A stretch of 64,000 bases of DNA. Source: Catajapyx aquilonaris. Taxonomy: Eukaryota. Each line of letters starts with the position of its first letter. Within the stretch, counting starts at the first letter, position 1. The notes beneath the pieces were generated by a model. The model searched no databases, was not told the origin of the DNA, and saw only the letters and a list, made by a program, of their open reading frames with translations. The translations under genes and the position numbers were made by a program. Positions 50,938-64,000 of the stretch are shown here, piece after piece. The stretch is taken from positions 1 through 64,000 of the forward strand of contig JYFJ02000839.1 in the NCBI GenBank assembly GCA_000934665.2, written 5' to 3'.

Positions 50938-53900
50938 TATATTGTATTGTACCCTACTAGCCGGAAAAGCGTGGAATATTTGTGTCAGGTGTGGTGAGCC
51001 CATGGCATGAGATTGACGGAAACGTTCATCCTGCCCGTTGTATGGACTCATACATATTGCAAAAGGAGAGCATGTCACAATAGGTATCCTGCACTTTAAT
51101 TTCCTCTCTGTTAAGGACTAGGGAATCGCAAAATAATGTACAGTAGTCTAATCCTGCATGGCATACCTTTTATTTACAAAATATTCAATCTGGCAGGCAT
51201 AAAAACAATTTCACAACTGAAAAACTCTCCAATTGCGTTTTAATTATTATTTGTCGCCAATATCTTAATAATGCAGCGACACGTTCCATGTTGATAATCT
51301 TGCAGAAAAAATGTTTCTAGCAGCATCACTAGACAATGCAAATACATCCTTGAAGAATACTTTACCTTAGATCACAAATACTTTTCAATATTTCATTATA
51401 TGAATATGTTGCTAAGGATTACTAGGATAATGGTGGTTGGACAGCGTGCTGATTTGGCTCAAAAAACGTGGAAAGATAAGGTCAAAATTTTTAGAAACTT
51501 ACGTTTTCCCATGTCTTCATGGCATTCCAGTAAAAATGTTTCACTGTCCAAAAGGATAATAATTTTGCATGCAACCGACGCACCAAAAATGCTCTGTAAT
51601 TGTTTTGGGCAATCTCAGTTCCATCAATGACACCTATACGGTTAATTATGAAGAAATCGCTTTTGGCATTTTGCTTGAATATTAGGGAATAGCTTGCTGA
51701 TTAGCGAGCGGTCTAACCAGCAGAATATATCGCACAATCCAAATAGGAGACGCAATGAGAATGGATTACCTTCGTAATGGAACCGAATTTGACAAAAATC
51801 AATTCGAGAATGTTCGTGTTAGAAATTCGACAGCAACCTACGTTCGAGGCAAAATGCGCCCCATTGTTGTTAGCATCCTGTATATACTGTATAATTATAT
51901 GACTAATCAGTCATAAATAACACAGATAAAATCAAACTACTGCATTGCATAATGACATTATTTTGTCTTGAGAATCATCTGTTTATAAATCCGGTTCTCA
52001 AGAACAGATCCTGTTATTGTTTTATTTAGATTTCCACAAGGCCGTACGTAAACGCTTCCAATTTTTTGTCCTATTTAAATTCCTAATATACCTCTTGCAT
52101 AATATATGGTGTGTGACCTAGCTCACCAGAGCAAAAAAGGTTGAAAAACGGACTTGGTGAGCGGATCAACGTTTGGTTTGCCACAAAACGAGCCGACTGA
52201 CAGGCATACCTCGGCTTTGGAAACGGTCCGCCCTTTCAACAATTCATTTAGGAACACTTCCTGCGGCTTATTCGCTAGATTATTTAAAGCCCTTTTACCT
52301 CAACCATGGGAATCAGAGGCCGCAGTAGTTTTTTGTTGTTGTTTAGGCCCTTAGAGCTACATACTCGTCACGCCATGATGTTATGCGCTGATTATTTAGC
52401 AGTGTTTGAAAGTGATGCTGCAACACTTGGGTGTTGTCATAAATCACACTAATCTTCACATAATGAATTACTTGTTGCAACTGTGACACACAATTATTAC
52501 AAGTTGATGACATTAACTATCTTGTATTTTACTCACCCAAATCGAAAATATGGAACTAAAATACCACCTACTCTGGCATATATACTGTTTCGAATTTGAA
52601 CTACCGTATCAATACAAATAAAAATGGCAATTAAATTTTGCTACCTTCATGTATTGCTCTGCCTGTCATTCTGCTGAATCTGTGCATTTACAGTGACACG
52701 ATGCTATTCCTGTAATGAACCATAGGGCCGGCATTAGATAGATAATTATTCCACCTTTATCCGCCAGTACAGACTATTGCTTGCAGATGAATGCCCACAT
52801 TTTCTCGTCGACAATACCCGCGCTACAATGCATAAGCAGTTTAATTTCAGAATGAAGATACTCATTCGTAACAAATTGCGCGACCGGTGGCGGCAGCACT
52901 GCATGGCTTTGTTATATGACTGCTTTGTCAAACGTAAGATGGAGCTAGTGAAATGAACTATTGTTCTTTCATTAACTTTTGACATAACGGAATAACACAT
53001 CTAAGGACTAATTACTGTTCAACTTGGGGTCCTTTATTAAATGAGATGTAATGTGACCTGAAAGCCGGTTTTGTGGCTTACAGCTTTGTCGTTATATGAG
53101 CACGCAAGTAAAGGGAAATTGGATTTTAACCCGACATTAATTTAACGTGAGAGCTTCGAGTCAAAATTCGATGTGGCAAATTACCTTGTGTAATGAATCA
53201 TACTCAGCCTATTTATTTGCAACAAAAATAATATTTCTGTCCTGTATTATGGTCTCTTGACCCCGGCAGGAGTCAACGTACGGATTACCGCGTCGGGTTA
53301 TTTTGTGGGCACTATTTGCTAATGATTACCTATTCAATCTAGCTACTGGCTGCTTTCAACGGTAAAATATTACAGGCCAACCACACGTGCGGTTATAAAT
53401 GAAAATTTCCCATCCCTTTCAAATAGATAGGAATATACATTGTATATACACTGTATTCCTGGTTTTTAAAATATGGTATGCTATTTCAAATGCAACCTTC
53501 CTCTTTTTCCCCAATACATATAGGAGTCATTTAACAGGTTCCGATACATATGCCGTCCTACATGGGATATGTACTGTACAGTACGTACACATTAATGTCG
53601 ATTAGCAAATTTCAAAGCTATCTATAGTAAGGTGTATTAAAGCTGCGACTATACGTATGTAATATAGGGAGGGCTTTACGTTTACGTATATTAGTTGCGG
53701 ATAATTACGCACTTAGTCTTCACGGAAGCAATCAGTAACTCCATGTAAAGTTATCCTTAATTTGCGTTCGCACAGCCAGCCCTTAGAGCAATAATAAGTC
53801 TAGTTATCCATTTGCAACGTAATAAAGCGCCCACAAGCGCAACGGAACCTGCATATAACAAAGGAATTATATTTCAGACTCACTATAGCTCTTTATGATA

Positions 53901-54214
53901 AGTAGGTTTATCGGTAGGATCTCATGTATTACAAAGGTGGTTATACAGGTGAGGCTTCCAGGCTTATTACTAGTAATTCCCGGTACCGCTCAAGAAGTGG
54001 TAGACAAGCACTTCATTTGGTAAAATAATGGATTTTGCCTTTAATGTGTTGACATTTGATGGAAAAAGGTTTCTGTAACCTCCTTCTGGTATATTTTCGA
54101 TTACTGATTATTGCCTGGATATAACGACCTTTGATAGTTACTAGTCAAATCAAACTTGCTGGGGTTGTCACTAATTCTGCAATTAAAGGCAACTCGTATT
54201 GTCGGTCTATTTCT

Positions 54215-54460
54215 GCTGCTAAGGCTAAACACCGACGCCATGGGGTGGTCCTCCACCTGGAAATTTGGCCACTGTGGGGATATTTAACGTGCACTCGCGC
54301 AATGTCACAAGCACACGGGACCGACGGCTTTACTTCCCCTCCGAAGGAAGGCGCACTCTCACTTTTCTACCACCCGGAGAAAAGTCACCGACCTCAGCCG
54401 GGTTCGAACCCACAACTTTGGGACCAGAGGCGAGCGCGCTAATGACCAGACCACTTACGT
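54215..54460 (-). mobile_element. tRNA-derived SINE, family D (Nin/Deu-like core)
   Basis: B box GGTTCGAACCC; core TTTAACGTGC..CACGGGACCGACGGCTTTACTTCCCCTCCGAAGG on the plus strand. Confidence 0.7.
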
Positions 54461-54772
54461 GATCAAAAGGCAAGCACATAATTAAAAAGCAACTGTCATT
54501 ATGTAATATTTCAGTCCTCATATTTTTTCGTAGTTCATGCTGAGGCTTATCCTGCATGGTCGACGTTGTCGTATGTGCAAAATATCCAATTTATTTGACA
54601 GTGTTAAAATGAAATGGCCGTTTTAGTTCGCAATTTTTGGCACCAAGCTGCTTAATTGAAGCAGTTACTGTTGCTTTAGTATTGTCAGTGGTTATTAAAA
54701 GCATTAGTTGGTAGTATTAGATTGCGTGGACTCATCCATTTTAACGGCCTGCAAAAATGGCTTAATCTATAC

Positions 54773-55190
54773 AGGGCCATCGAAAAAGAATGCCATAATT
54801 TTAAAAAGCTATAATTCAAAAACTTGTGGACATATTTAAATGATTTAAGTTTTAAAATGCTACGAAGTGTCTAAAGTTTTGGTCTTACCATATACGAGTA
54901 TTTTGTTCCGATATGAGCTCCATTTGTTGCTCGGCAAATGTAAATACGGTAATCGGTGTCGTGCCTAACCCACTCACAGTCAGACATGTCTGGCGTTACC
55001 GTTGCCATCTGATCCCATAGGTGCTGGAGATGCCGGATCTTTTCACCATACGTGTATCATTCTACACAAAAATGTCCATCGGGATAAGATCTGGGCTTCT
55101 GGGAGGGACTATAGGCATTGGGAAATTTCACATTCAAGACGTCGCACACTGGGAGGTTGAACAAATGAAACTTTCCTACGGCAGGTTTGT
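54773..55190. mobile_element. Tc1/mariner derivative, one end
   Basis: TA|CAGGGCCATCGAAAAAGAATG terminus with minus-strand transposase scraps. Confidence 0.45.
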
Positions 55191-58100
55191 TTCATGGAAC
55201 ATCGATTTTTAATGTTCTTTCATGCTCTTGTAATGCTTTTTTGTTGCTAAAAAGCATCACAAGATCATTATTGACAGAGCATTAGAAGAGCAATAAAAAT
55301 TGATGTTCCATAAGAGACTCACCAGTGATGATCTTTTAATATTTCTGCGGTTTACAGTGTAGGCTACTAATATTGCTGTTATGCCGAATATTTGAAACGT
55401 TGATTAATGGGAGGTTCCAGGTTGAGGGCCATCGCATATAGGGTTCTGAGGGCTCCTTTCCTTATTTTTGGCAAGAACTGCAGTACATGTAGGGTATGTA
55501 ACAATGGTTAGAGTACTTCGGGGAGTGCCGAGACCAATAATACGGTATACTGTATATATCAATAGAACCTGCCATAAGGCACCAGGAAAAACAAAAGAAG
55601 AGCATTTATGAGTTTCGACTCACATCAGAAGTGTTGCAGTGATGTGTTTATGCTTAGATTGCGTTGTTATCTTCCAATTTTTAAAAAATATCTATAGAAA
55701 AAATCAAATGTAATTTTAAAACCGGCGTTAATGTGAAACGGTGTAAAATGGAGCGGCGTAAAACGGGTACTTCCGGTACAAGAAGGATGTTGAAACTTTT
55801 TGCTTGATGCAGAAGAGTCTACAGCTGCTGCATCCACTCTATTATCTTTTTTTATTACATTGCAGGATTTGCGTGCAGCGCGTTCAAGTTTTATCGCATC
55901 ACATAAGCAGCTCCATAATGAAGGGGTTTTCGAATAATCGCTTTAAAATGCTTGGAGTTAAAACGCTATACCCCTGCTTTCAAACAATACATTAACTATA
56001 CACTACCTGACACTTTTGTTTAGCGGGTTTAGCTACTCAGTCAGTAGTCAATCATCGAAAAGTTTAGTTATGTTTTTCCGTTGTTCGTATTTTAGTCTCA
56101 CCATGTATGTGCACCGTAACAAACCCGTCTTCACAATGGGAGTTGGTTTCCTACTGCAGCAATTGATTCCGCAACCTTGTTTCAACATACTACTCGATAG
56201 TAGAGTGCTGGTATGGTGCGAGTCGTCCATCGCATTTGGGGCGTGTGCGCAATCAACGCAGGGTAACCAGAGATATTGGTCGGACCAGATAAGGTCAGGA
56301 CCGTATAACCAATAATTATAGTTCATTCTGTAGGGCTTTTGGGGTCAGTCCCTCTGAGCCATCCTTCCAGCATGCAACTTGCCCAAAAGTGTATGTCCTA
56401 TATTGGGAAGTTTGGGGACACTATACCCTGATTTTTCTTTCTTGAGAGTAATATTACCTATTTTATTGAGGCTCGTATATACGGTACTGGATTTACGATT
56501 GAAACCACTACATGTGATTTGAAAATGATGTGGGACACATAATATTGAGCTGTCTGCATATCAGAAATCAGCTACATTTAGAACAGCAAGGATTAAAAGT
56601 CAAGGACGGTCTGCACTTTATGGCAACTTTCGCTTCCTTCTCAACAGTGCTCATCGAAATAGGGCAAGCGGATATCCGTACCATTTTCGTCGATATGATT
56701 CATAAAGTAGGCTACTTCTGTCACAGGCTATGTAGCTTACAAGAGTGGTGTCTAGCAGTTAGGCAACAATCTCCCAATATTCAGCCCCACTTTAGAGAAA
56801 CGTTTATAATGGAATGTAAGGTTATATTGCATCAAGATCGAGGACGTGTTTAGTCATATAGACAGTTTTGCGGAAATGATCCACTGGACTTGGACTGTAT
56901 AGATCCCTCTCTTTAGGTTATAGGGAGGATTTCTGCGGCAACTTAAGTACAGCATGGTGCCAACGTTGTGTATAAAATCAATGCCACTGGAGGAAATATG
57001 CAATTTGGAAACCTACCTAAAGCCGATACCAAATAATTTGGTAGTTTCGGTGTCCTCTTTTCTCACCATGAATGCATCAGGGTATAGTATCATTCATAGT
57101 ACCGGTATACTACTTAGTCGTACCATTTTGATTTTTAGCGGTATACGCGTAGGCTACTAACGCCTAACGCCACTACACAAGTGATAGGCCTACTCGTATG
57201 ATGCTACACAATCACAATATTAGGATTAAGAGCAACATTAAGAGCAATAAGTCGTTCACAAAGAATGATTACTTCCCGGTTACTTCCATTATTTTGGCAA
57301 TAACGTCAACAACTTGCAGTCCTGACAAGCGATGCAAAGGCTTTAAAAAACCCGGTATGAGAAATAGGTGAGTTGGGCCTTTTTTGGGGGGGGGGGGAGA
57401 GAATCATGCTTTTTTAACTATTGGGGACTATACATAAAGGACCCTTTCGTCTTTTAACAAGTTTGGTTTAATCAATGGGAATCCTCGTCTTTATTTCAAG
57501 CGTAACATTTCATTGAAAACTGCACAATTTGTGCATCATAACAGTTAAATTAATCGGTTTTGTAACTCTGAAGTGGGTCTAACAGTAAGCCATAGCTTTA
57601 ACCTTTATGCCGAATAATTGAAGAGTGGAATACATAATTATGCTGTGCAATGATTGGGTTTTTGAATGAACGTAAGTCATTCGGGGATGTCCCAGAAAAG
57701 CAAGCCCTATACAGTGACAGGTGTTTCCTAAATTTTTGGTTGTTCATAATAAAATTTCGAGTTGTTTAAAGAAGCGAAGTCACTATTTGATAATTGGCAT
57801 AAACAGCCAAACATTTTATGGAAAAGTTCATTCATATGGAGGAAAAAAATTTAATATTTTTCAAAAACAATTTTTTCTTTAAAAAAGCAGGAAAAACGAG
57901 TTTTTACCGACAGTAAAAATTTGCGACTTTATTTTACAACAAGGCTAGTCCTGACTCAAGTCACTTTTTACGCAGTCACATTGCAACCACCTTTCTGCGC
58001 CAAGATTTATCGTACCCTGGTGCATGTAACAAGTTGTACCCAACCGTTTCTCGCCGCTTGGAATTCATCAGACGTAGTAAATCTAGGGCGAACACATAAA

Positions 58101-58740
58101 GAATATAGGCAACAACAAGCGATGGGGCCCAGGCAGCAACCGTTCGTTTACTTGTCCCGTCGGCAAGATCACGTCCTCGGCAATCGTACATGTCGTAAAA
58201 CAGTGGACGAAATGCGGCGAGACGACATTCCATCCTTCCAAGTCGACATAATCGTTACCTAGAGCCATGTAAGAGCTAACCCTTCAGACCAGTGCAATGA
58301 GGGATATACCCGGTAGTATAAACGCGAATTAAGGGGAAATATCCCTTACATAGGTATTCACAATAAATGGTCGTTGATAAGGACTGGTACAACCATCAGT
58401 CCGGTTGCATCAGTCCTTAGTAGCGGAGCTGAGAACGATCATGTGCGATCATTTGACACATCTGATAAGACATCAGACTGTGTGGGCGCAGGTCCAACGT
58501 CTCAACACAATGATCTGACACCCGTGGTTGGCGCCAAAGGGAAACAATGACTCATTGCTTATACATACGTGAACGTGAACCTGACAGTAATGGCTTCTGT
58601 GCTATATTGGGACAAGATGTTTTGCACTGGAGTTTGACAAAGTACTGACACTAGCTGTCGCTGTAATTTGCCACATTTATTTAGAAGGTGCGTTGTGAAA
58701 ACTGAAAGGGCAAACAATTTGGTCCTCAAATAGGCCCTTT

Positions 58741-59035
58741 ATATATTATTATATTTATTATTTATTATATATTTATTATATTTATTATTATTATATAATT
58801 ATGTGCATTATATTTATTATATATATATTTATTATATATGTGCATTATATATATTTATTATATATGTGCATTATATATATTTATTATATATGTGCATTAT
58901 ATTTATTTTATATATATTTATTATATATGTGCATTATATATATTTATTATATATGTGCATTATATTTATTATATATATATTTATTATATATGTGCATTAT
59001 ATTTATTATTTATTATTATTATATTTATATATATT
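58741..59035. repeat. AT-rich minisatellite around the core TATGTGCATTATAT (7 cores)
   Basis: Seen directly; units ~26-40 bp. Confidence 0.9.
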
Positions 59036-61523
59036 CCATAAAAATAAGTGTTATCATAAAAACATATACACATTTGCCGTTGAGTTTTAATTTTTGCGCA
59101 GCATTAAAGCCGCCATTGAATAATCTTTGATCGTCATCAGAATAAACATTACACTTCCGAAGAAAATAATTGCTATCGATAGCAGATCTCATTCCAAGCA
59201 CACCCCGTCACTTTGTATCCTAATCACTTACAACTGCGACCAACGATGCGATCCACATAAATTTAAGGATTCGAATGGCCAATTACGATACGAGGCATTC
59301 CTTACCTAGGTCAATAATTAGCAAGCCGTTGCGTTGGTTGGACAACGGGTGATGACAGGTTTTGGAAACTTCTGAGCAATAAAATTTGCCAAGTGATGGA
59401 AGCCCAAAGCGGTTTGGCTTTCGAGGTTACCGCGCATCTAATTAGGCCCCAATTATTGTCTGGAGTAGGGGAAGACATTGCGTTTAATAAAACTCGACAC
59501 CTAGACGATCAAGTTTCAAATGGGTGGTCGTCAAGGGACCAGACCCTAAATATAACTGAATGGAGTTGACGTCAAAGAGACGGCGGCATTTAAACGCAGG
59601 AAAGCTCTATAAAATCAATGACAGCCTGACATTGATGTCTGCACTTTAGATAGGTTGCAATCGTAAGGTAGTCTTATGCAGGGAGCTATTCAAGCTTTCC
59701 CCATAAGCAAATGGTGAGGAGTTTTTCGGAGAACTGTGTGTATAGCTATAGAAACCATCATTTTATGGCCTTAGGGTTGCGTGGGCAGAGAGGGATTTCG
59801 GGAAAAGGTTCGGTTTTTGAGGAGAAAATCCGGCGTGAGGGTTTAATTTGGCAGAATAACTGTGAACATCATGGAGCATACTTACAATATGATATAACTG
59901 TAGTGGCGAGTACGGTTATGCTCCATTTTATGCAACACTCGATAAAATATGACTCATCTCCAACGTTATCCTGGCAGGATGATATTCCTCGGCATGTGCT
60001 ACGCACAGCAATAACCGTAATGAGCTATTCACACTACTGACGTTAGACCTGTACTACGTATGAGCTTCATATTTATGGCGTGACACGTTGGAGAGGTGAA
60101 TAGATCAGAATCCTCCTAAAAATATCTAAATATTTTGCGTCATAAAAGTCTACCATTGATTCCACGTCATTTTGCAGGATGTTTGGGGTTTCTTAATATC
60201 GAAGGGCTTGATGCGAAAGGCGGCCAGTAAAGGAATAAGACTTACCTGTGAAAATTTAAAACCACACTGAAAATTATATACTGTATGTATGCACAATACA
60301 TGAAGTCGTTAGATATTTACATAAGTCGCATAAATAATAATTTGAGTAAACACGCTAGCCTGGAAATATGATATAATTACTCATTTACAAAAATACGTGC
60401 ATGACTGATGCTGCTATCTACAGGCACATACATGTAGATGGTTCGCGGTGCGGAAAGGGAAAATAGTCAGACGTGTTCGCATGGGCCGGATGTAATTATT
60501 AAATAGCACAGACTTGTTTATCTATGGCTGCACGTTTTGCTTATTATTGCTGGATTTGAAATCCCCAGAGGGCTCTTCATTTTGAGTGCATGATTTACAA
60601 AATATTATGGTCTCTCTGTGGACCACAGGTTTTCTCAATTGCTGGGGGGAGAAGGATATACGAAAGCAAGCAACGGTTCTGGCTCATCTCTTAATTTCCT
60701 GGAAGGGCTAGGGGAAACCTTAAAAAATCCAGCCATCCAGGCTAGGATGGATGGCACCAGGGATTTAACCTGGGACATTCCAAATATAACGGTCTGAATA
60801 GCATAGCAGTCCCACACCACAATATGCGAAATTATCAATAAAATGTTGTAGAAAAGGCTGACCAATGTGGTGGTTATTTAAAGATAACACTATTCCGGAT
60901 AATTGTTGACCCCCCAAACAGTACCAGTATAACAAGAGAGCTTTTAGAAATATGCTTCTAAGGAAGTATGCATAAAAGATGCTGGTGTCACGCAAAATGC
61001 AGGAGAATCCTTTGAATTTTCCTATTGCACTTTCTCAGGTGAGTAGTAACTGTAGTCAATAGAAGTTTTCATAACATATACTGTAACACAGATCTCGGCA
61101 GGACCATTCCGATGTCAGAGCTTCACTTGGAAACAACAATTCCTGTTTAATGAACCGAGAAAAAAACCAGTACAATACTCTACGTTTGGTGCACCTGACT
61201 CGAATTAGACGTCGAATTTGAGTTTGATCCACGAATATATTATAAGAAAATACTGTACTTACTTTCCGTAATTCCGGGTACACGTCAACCTAGTAAGAAC
61301 CACCATGTACTGTACAGTACAGCATAATTATACTGTAGGCAGTCTTATATACGTATGAAGACCTTGGTAGCAATATTCCACTTTTTGTTTGAGGCCTAAA
61401 TATTGCTATAATTAATTCTCATGCATAAACGATGGCTATAGCCTATGACCAAAGTGCCTATCATATGACAAGTGGGTCTATTAAATCTACAGTAGTCAGG
61501 CTCTTAACGCTTTAAACTTCTTT

Positions 61524-61824
61524 TTTTTTACGTTACCCCGTGATAAGACTTAGCCTTTTTAGGGGGTGGAATACCACCATTACTCTCCAATTTTCCTTTT
61601 AACTTCATCACCGGTGCAAGGAGTCAAGGATGGTAGGGATAGGGATTTTTGGGGAGGGAACGATGGTGCAAGTGCAAGGTCGGTAAAGGAGTCATGTGCT
61701 GTTCCCCAGGAGGTTAGGTTGCCAGACACCTCCTTGGTGCAGGTCAGAGACCCTCCTGACGCAGGTGAAAGGAAAGTTCCCCAGGCGGGTATCGAACCTG
61801 GGGCCTTTCACACAGCAAGCCGTG
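61524..61824 (-). mobile_element. tRNA-derived SINE, family B, 5'-truncated
   Basis: Perfect 17-bp TSD ACGCTTTAAACTTCTTT at 61507-61523 and 61825-61841. Confidence 0.9.
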
Positions 61825-63229
61825 ACGCTTTAAACTTCTTTATAATACGAATAATGATAAAATAAGGGGAAATGAATTCGTTACATTGAATACCCGTTGC
61901 TTGGAAGCTTGAAGTATCCCTGATGGAGGAAAAGTACCAGTATTCGAATCTTTGGTTCAAAAATGCCCTATAAACAAGTTAATCTTCGCTCTTATAACGC
62001 GGGATCACCTGAAAGTGTATGTAAAGTGAGTATTAACGGACTCCCCCATTCGATTCAGTGACGACACTGCGTAAATCAGTCTTCAGATCGAGTTTTTACT
62101 ACTTTACAACCTGCCATCCCCATCATAACCCACCCCTGTTCTCTTCCACACAGGGTCCTGCACTCTCCATTCTGGACGTGCATGTAATATCTTCACTGTC
62201 ACAATTCCGTAATTGATTTAGTGCAAAAGGTGAGCACTTCCTCTCTGGGTTCGTCTTATTGCAGATTTCTAAGGCAAAATTACAGCTTTATTACGGAAAT
62301 AATAGCTTGTTAAGTTTTGAATAGGCTTGTGATAGGGCTCATACTGCGCTCCAGGCAATCTGCCAAACATCACTGCTACATGGGTCACCTGGTATGCAGG
62401 ATGAGCCCTTCTACCCGTGTGTATTTACATTTTAATTTAACAAGCTCTTATCTCCGTAATGAAGCTGAAATCGCTAAACAGAAATTTTGTGCCAGAAATT
62501 CAAGAAGTCTCAGCCTGAGAGGAAGTGAGCATCATTCCCCATCCTGTATACAGAATCAGATCTAAGCTCTTTATACCAGTTTCATGACATCGTGACCATC
62601 TGCAGTGAACCGAGCTAGAATCCGCAATAGTAGGTAAACGGAATGCTATAGAAAACGATCCTAGATCCCTACGGACCCCTGGTATATAACAAGCAGTAAA
62701 ACGAGCCTCCGTATATGAAACCTCCGCCAAATAGACAAGTCGGACACGGCAAGACATCGATTATGTCCATTGAAACATGGCGACCGAGTTTAGAAGCCGG
62801 CTTATTATCGCAGCGGTGGATCTAAATTGAATTTCCTCCCTCCCAGTTAATACTGTCCAACATTGGCACAGGCGATAACGGGACGTTTTATTTACTAACT
62901 TAAGAGGAACTTCGGAAGAGCAGGTGAGAATTTCTGTGGCTTTTCGTCGCCGGATGTCGCCCTGGCATTTGGGTCAGCATGACGTCAGGAGCTTGCGGGA
63001 CCGACGCGACGGAGTATTGGGATGATGCGCTTCTTGCGGTCGCCAATCATTAGTGGTGATGGAACATCTCACCATTCTGCAGAAGGATTGCATGAATACG
63101 TGAGTCTGGGATGAGTGATGGAATTCTCGCGAGTCTTTGCATGAAGCTCATTTTTCAACACAGGGCATACTTTTGTATAGGAAGAAGAAAACACACAAGT
63201 AAAAACACGCCCACCTAGAATATAAGCAG

Positions 63230-63370
<141 letters not shown>

Positions 63371-63566
63371 CACCTGACATTTTAAACAAAATTTAAACGA
63401 TAACTTAAAATCGTTAATATACAGTATAATATTCGATTATATATCTGTAGCAGAGATAACAGAATAACAGCATCTATCCCTGATAATGGTGCGTAAATGG
63501 ATGTTACAGGGTGTTCGCCCTCAACGTTCAACAAAAAAGCAGCAACGTTTAAACTGCCTTATATAG

Positions 63567-63600
<34 letters not shown>

Positions 63601-63603
63601 GTT
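63567..63603. repeat. (GTT)n microsatellite
   Basis: Seen directly. Confidence 0.95.
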
Positions 63604-64000
63604 AGAGATGCAGGAGTTATACGGCTGATGAGTTCTTTATCATCGTCAACTTGATCAGATTAGCCGAAATCCTTCTCATGGGGACAGTCTCAGCGTAGCC
63701 CGAATGTCTACGACGCACAGCGTATAGCATTATTGATGCAGAGAGAGAATAGTAGCAATAAGAAATAACGAATGTCAGTAGTGAAACCTAAGAATAATAA
63801 AGCCACGCATCGTCTTTTGATAGTATACATACAAAACGCGAATAACACTGCACATAATGAGTTGCATTATTGCTATTGTGCTGCGCGTAGGTCATATACA
63901 GATGCGTATAGCCATGTATAGTACCAAACCGCTGGGACACTTCTCAGCAGCCATACCTGCTGGACTTCGCAATTCGACAAATCACTTCTTACCGAAATCT

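Noticed and set aside
58801..59130. Hydrophobic Ile/Tyr ORFs
   Set aside because: Minisatellite translation artefacts.

Overview
Eukaryotic, transposon-dense genomic DNA, probably arthropod (inferred from SINE/MITE types and 52-66 bp micro-introns); nothing here looks prokaryotic. The only confidently identified gene is a complete 13-coding-exon diacylglycerol lipase beta (DAGLB-like, ~711 aa) on the minus strand (12789-27034). Converging on it is a spliced plus-strand ORF of unknown identity (4367-11930, ~533 aa, all phase-0 introns, weak RNF213-stalk-like resemblance) whose frame stays open past its stop. The rest is nested mobile DNA: a hAT transposase relic split by a Helitron, Tc1/mariner, pogo, Harbinger, piggyBac, Sola2- and Transib-like MITEs, several tRNA-derived SINE families sharing one 3' tail, and an RTE LINE fragment. 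The last ~31 kb has no recognisable host coding exon. Best leads: a speculative compact 7SK-like Pol III unit at the DAGLB promoter, the orphan gene, a duplicated splice acceptor in DAGLB, and SINE tail swapping. I cannot demonstrate a new biological system from sequence alone.
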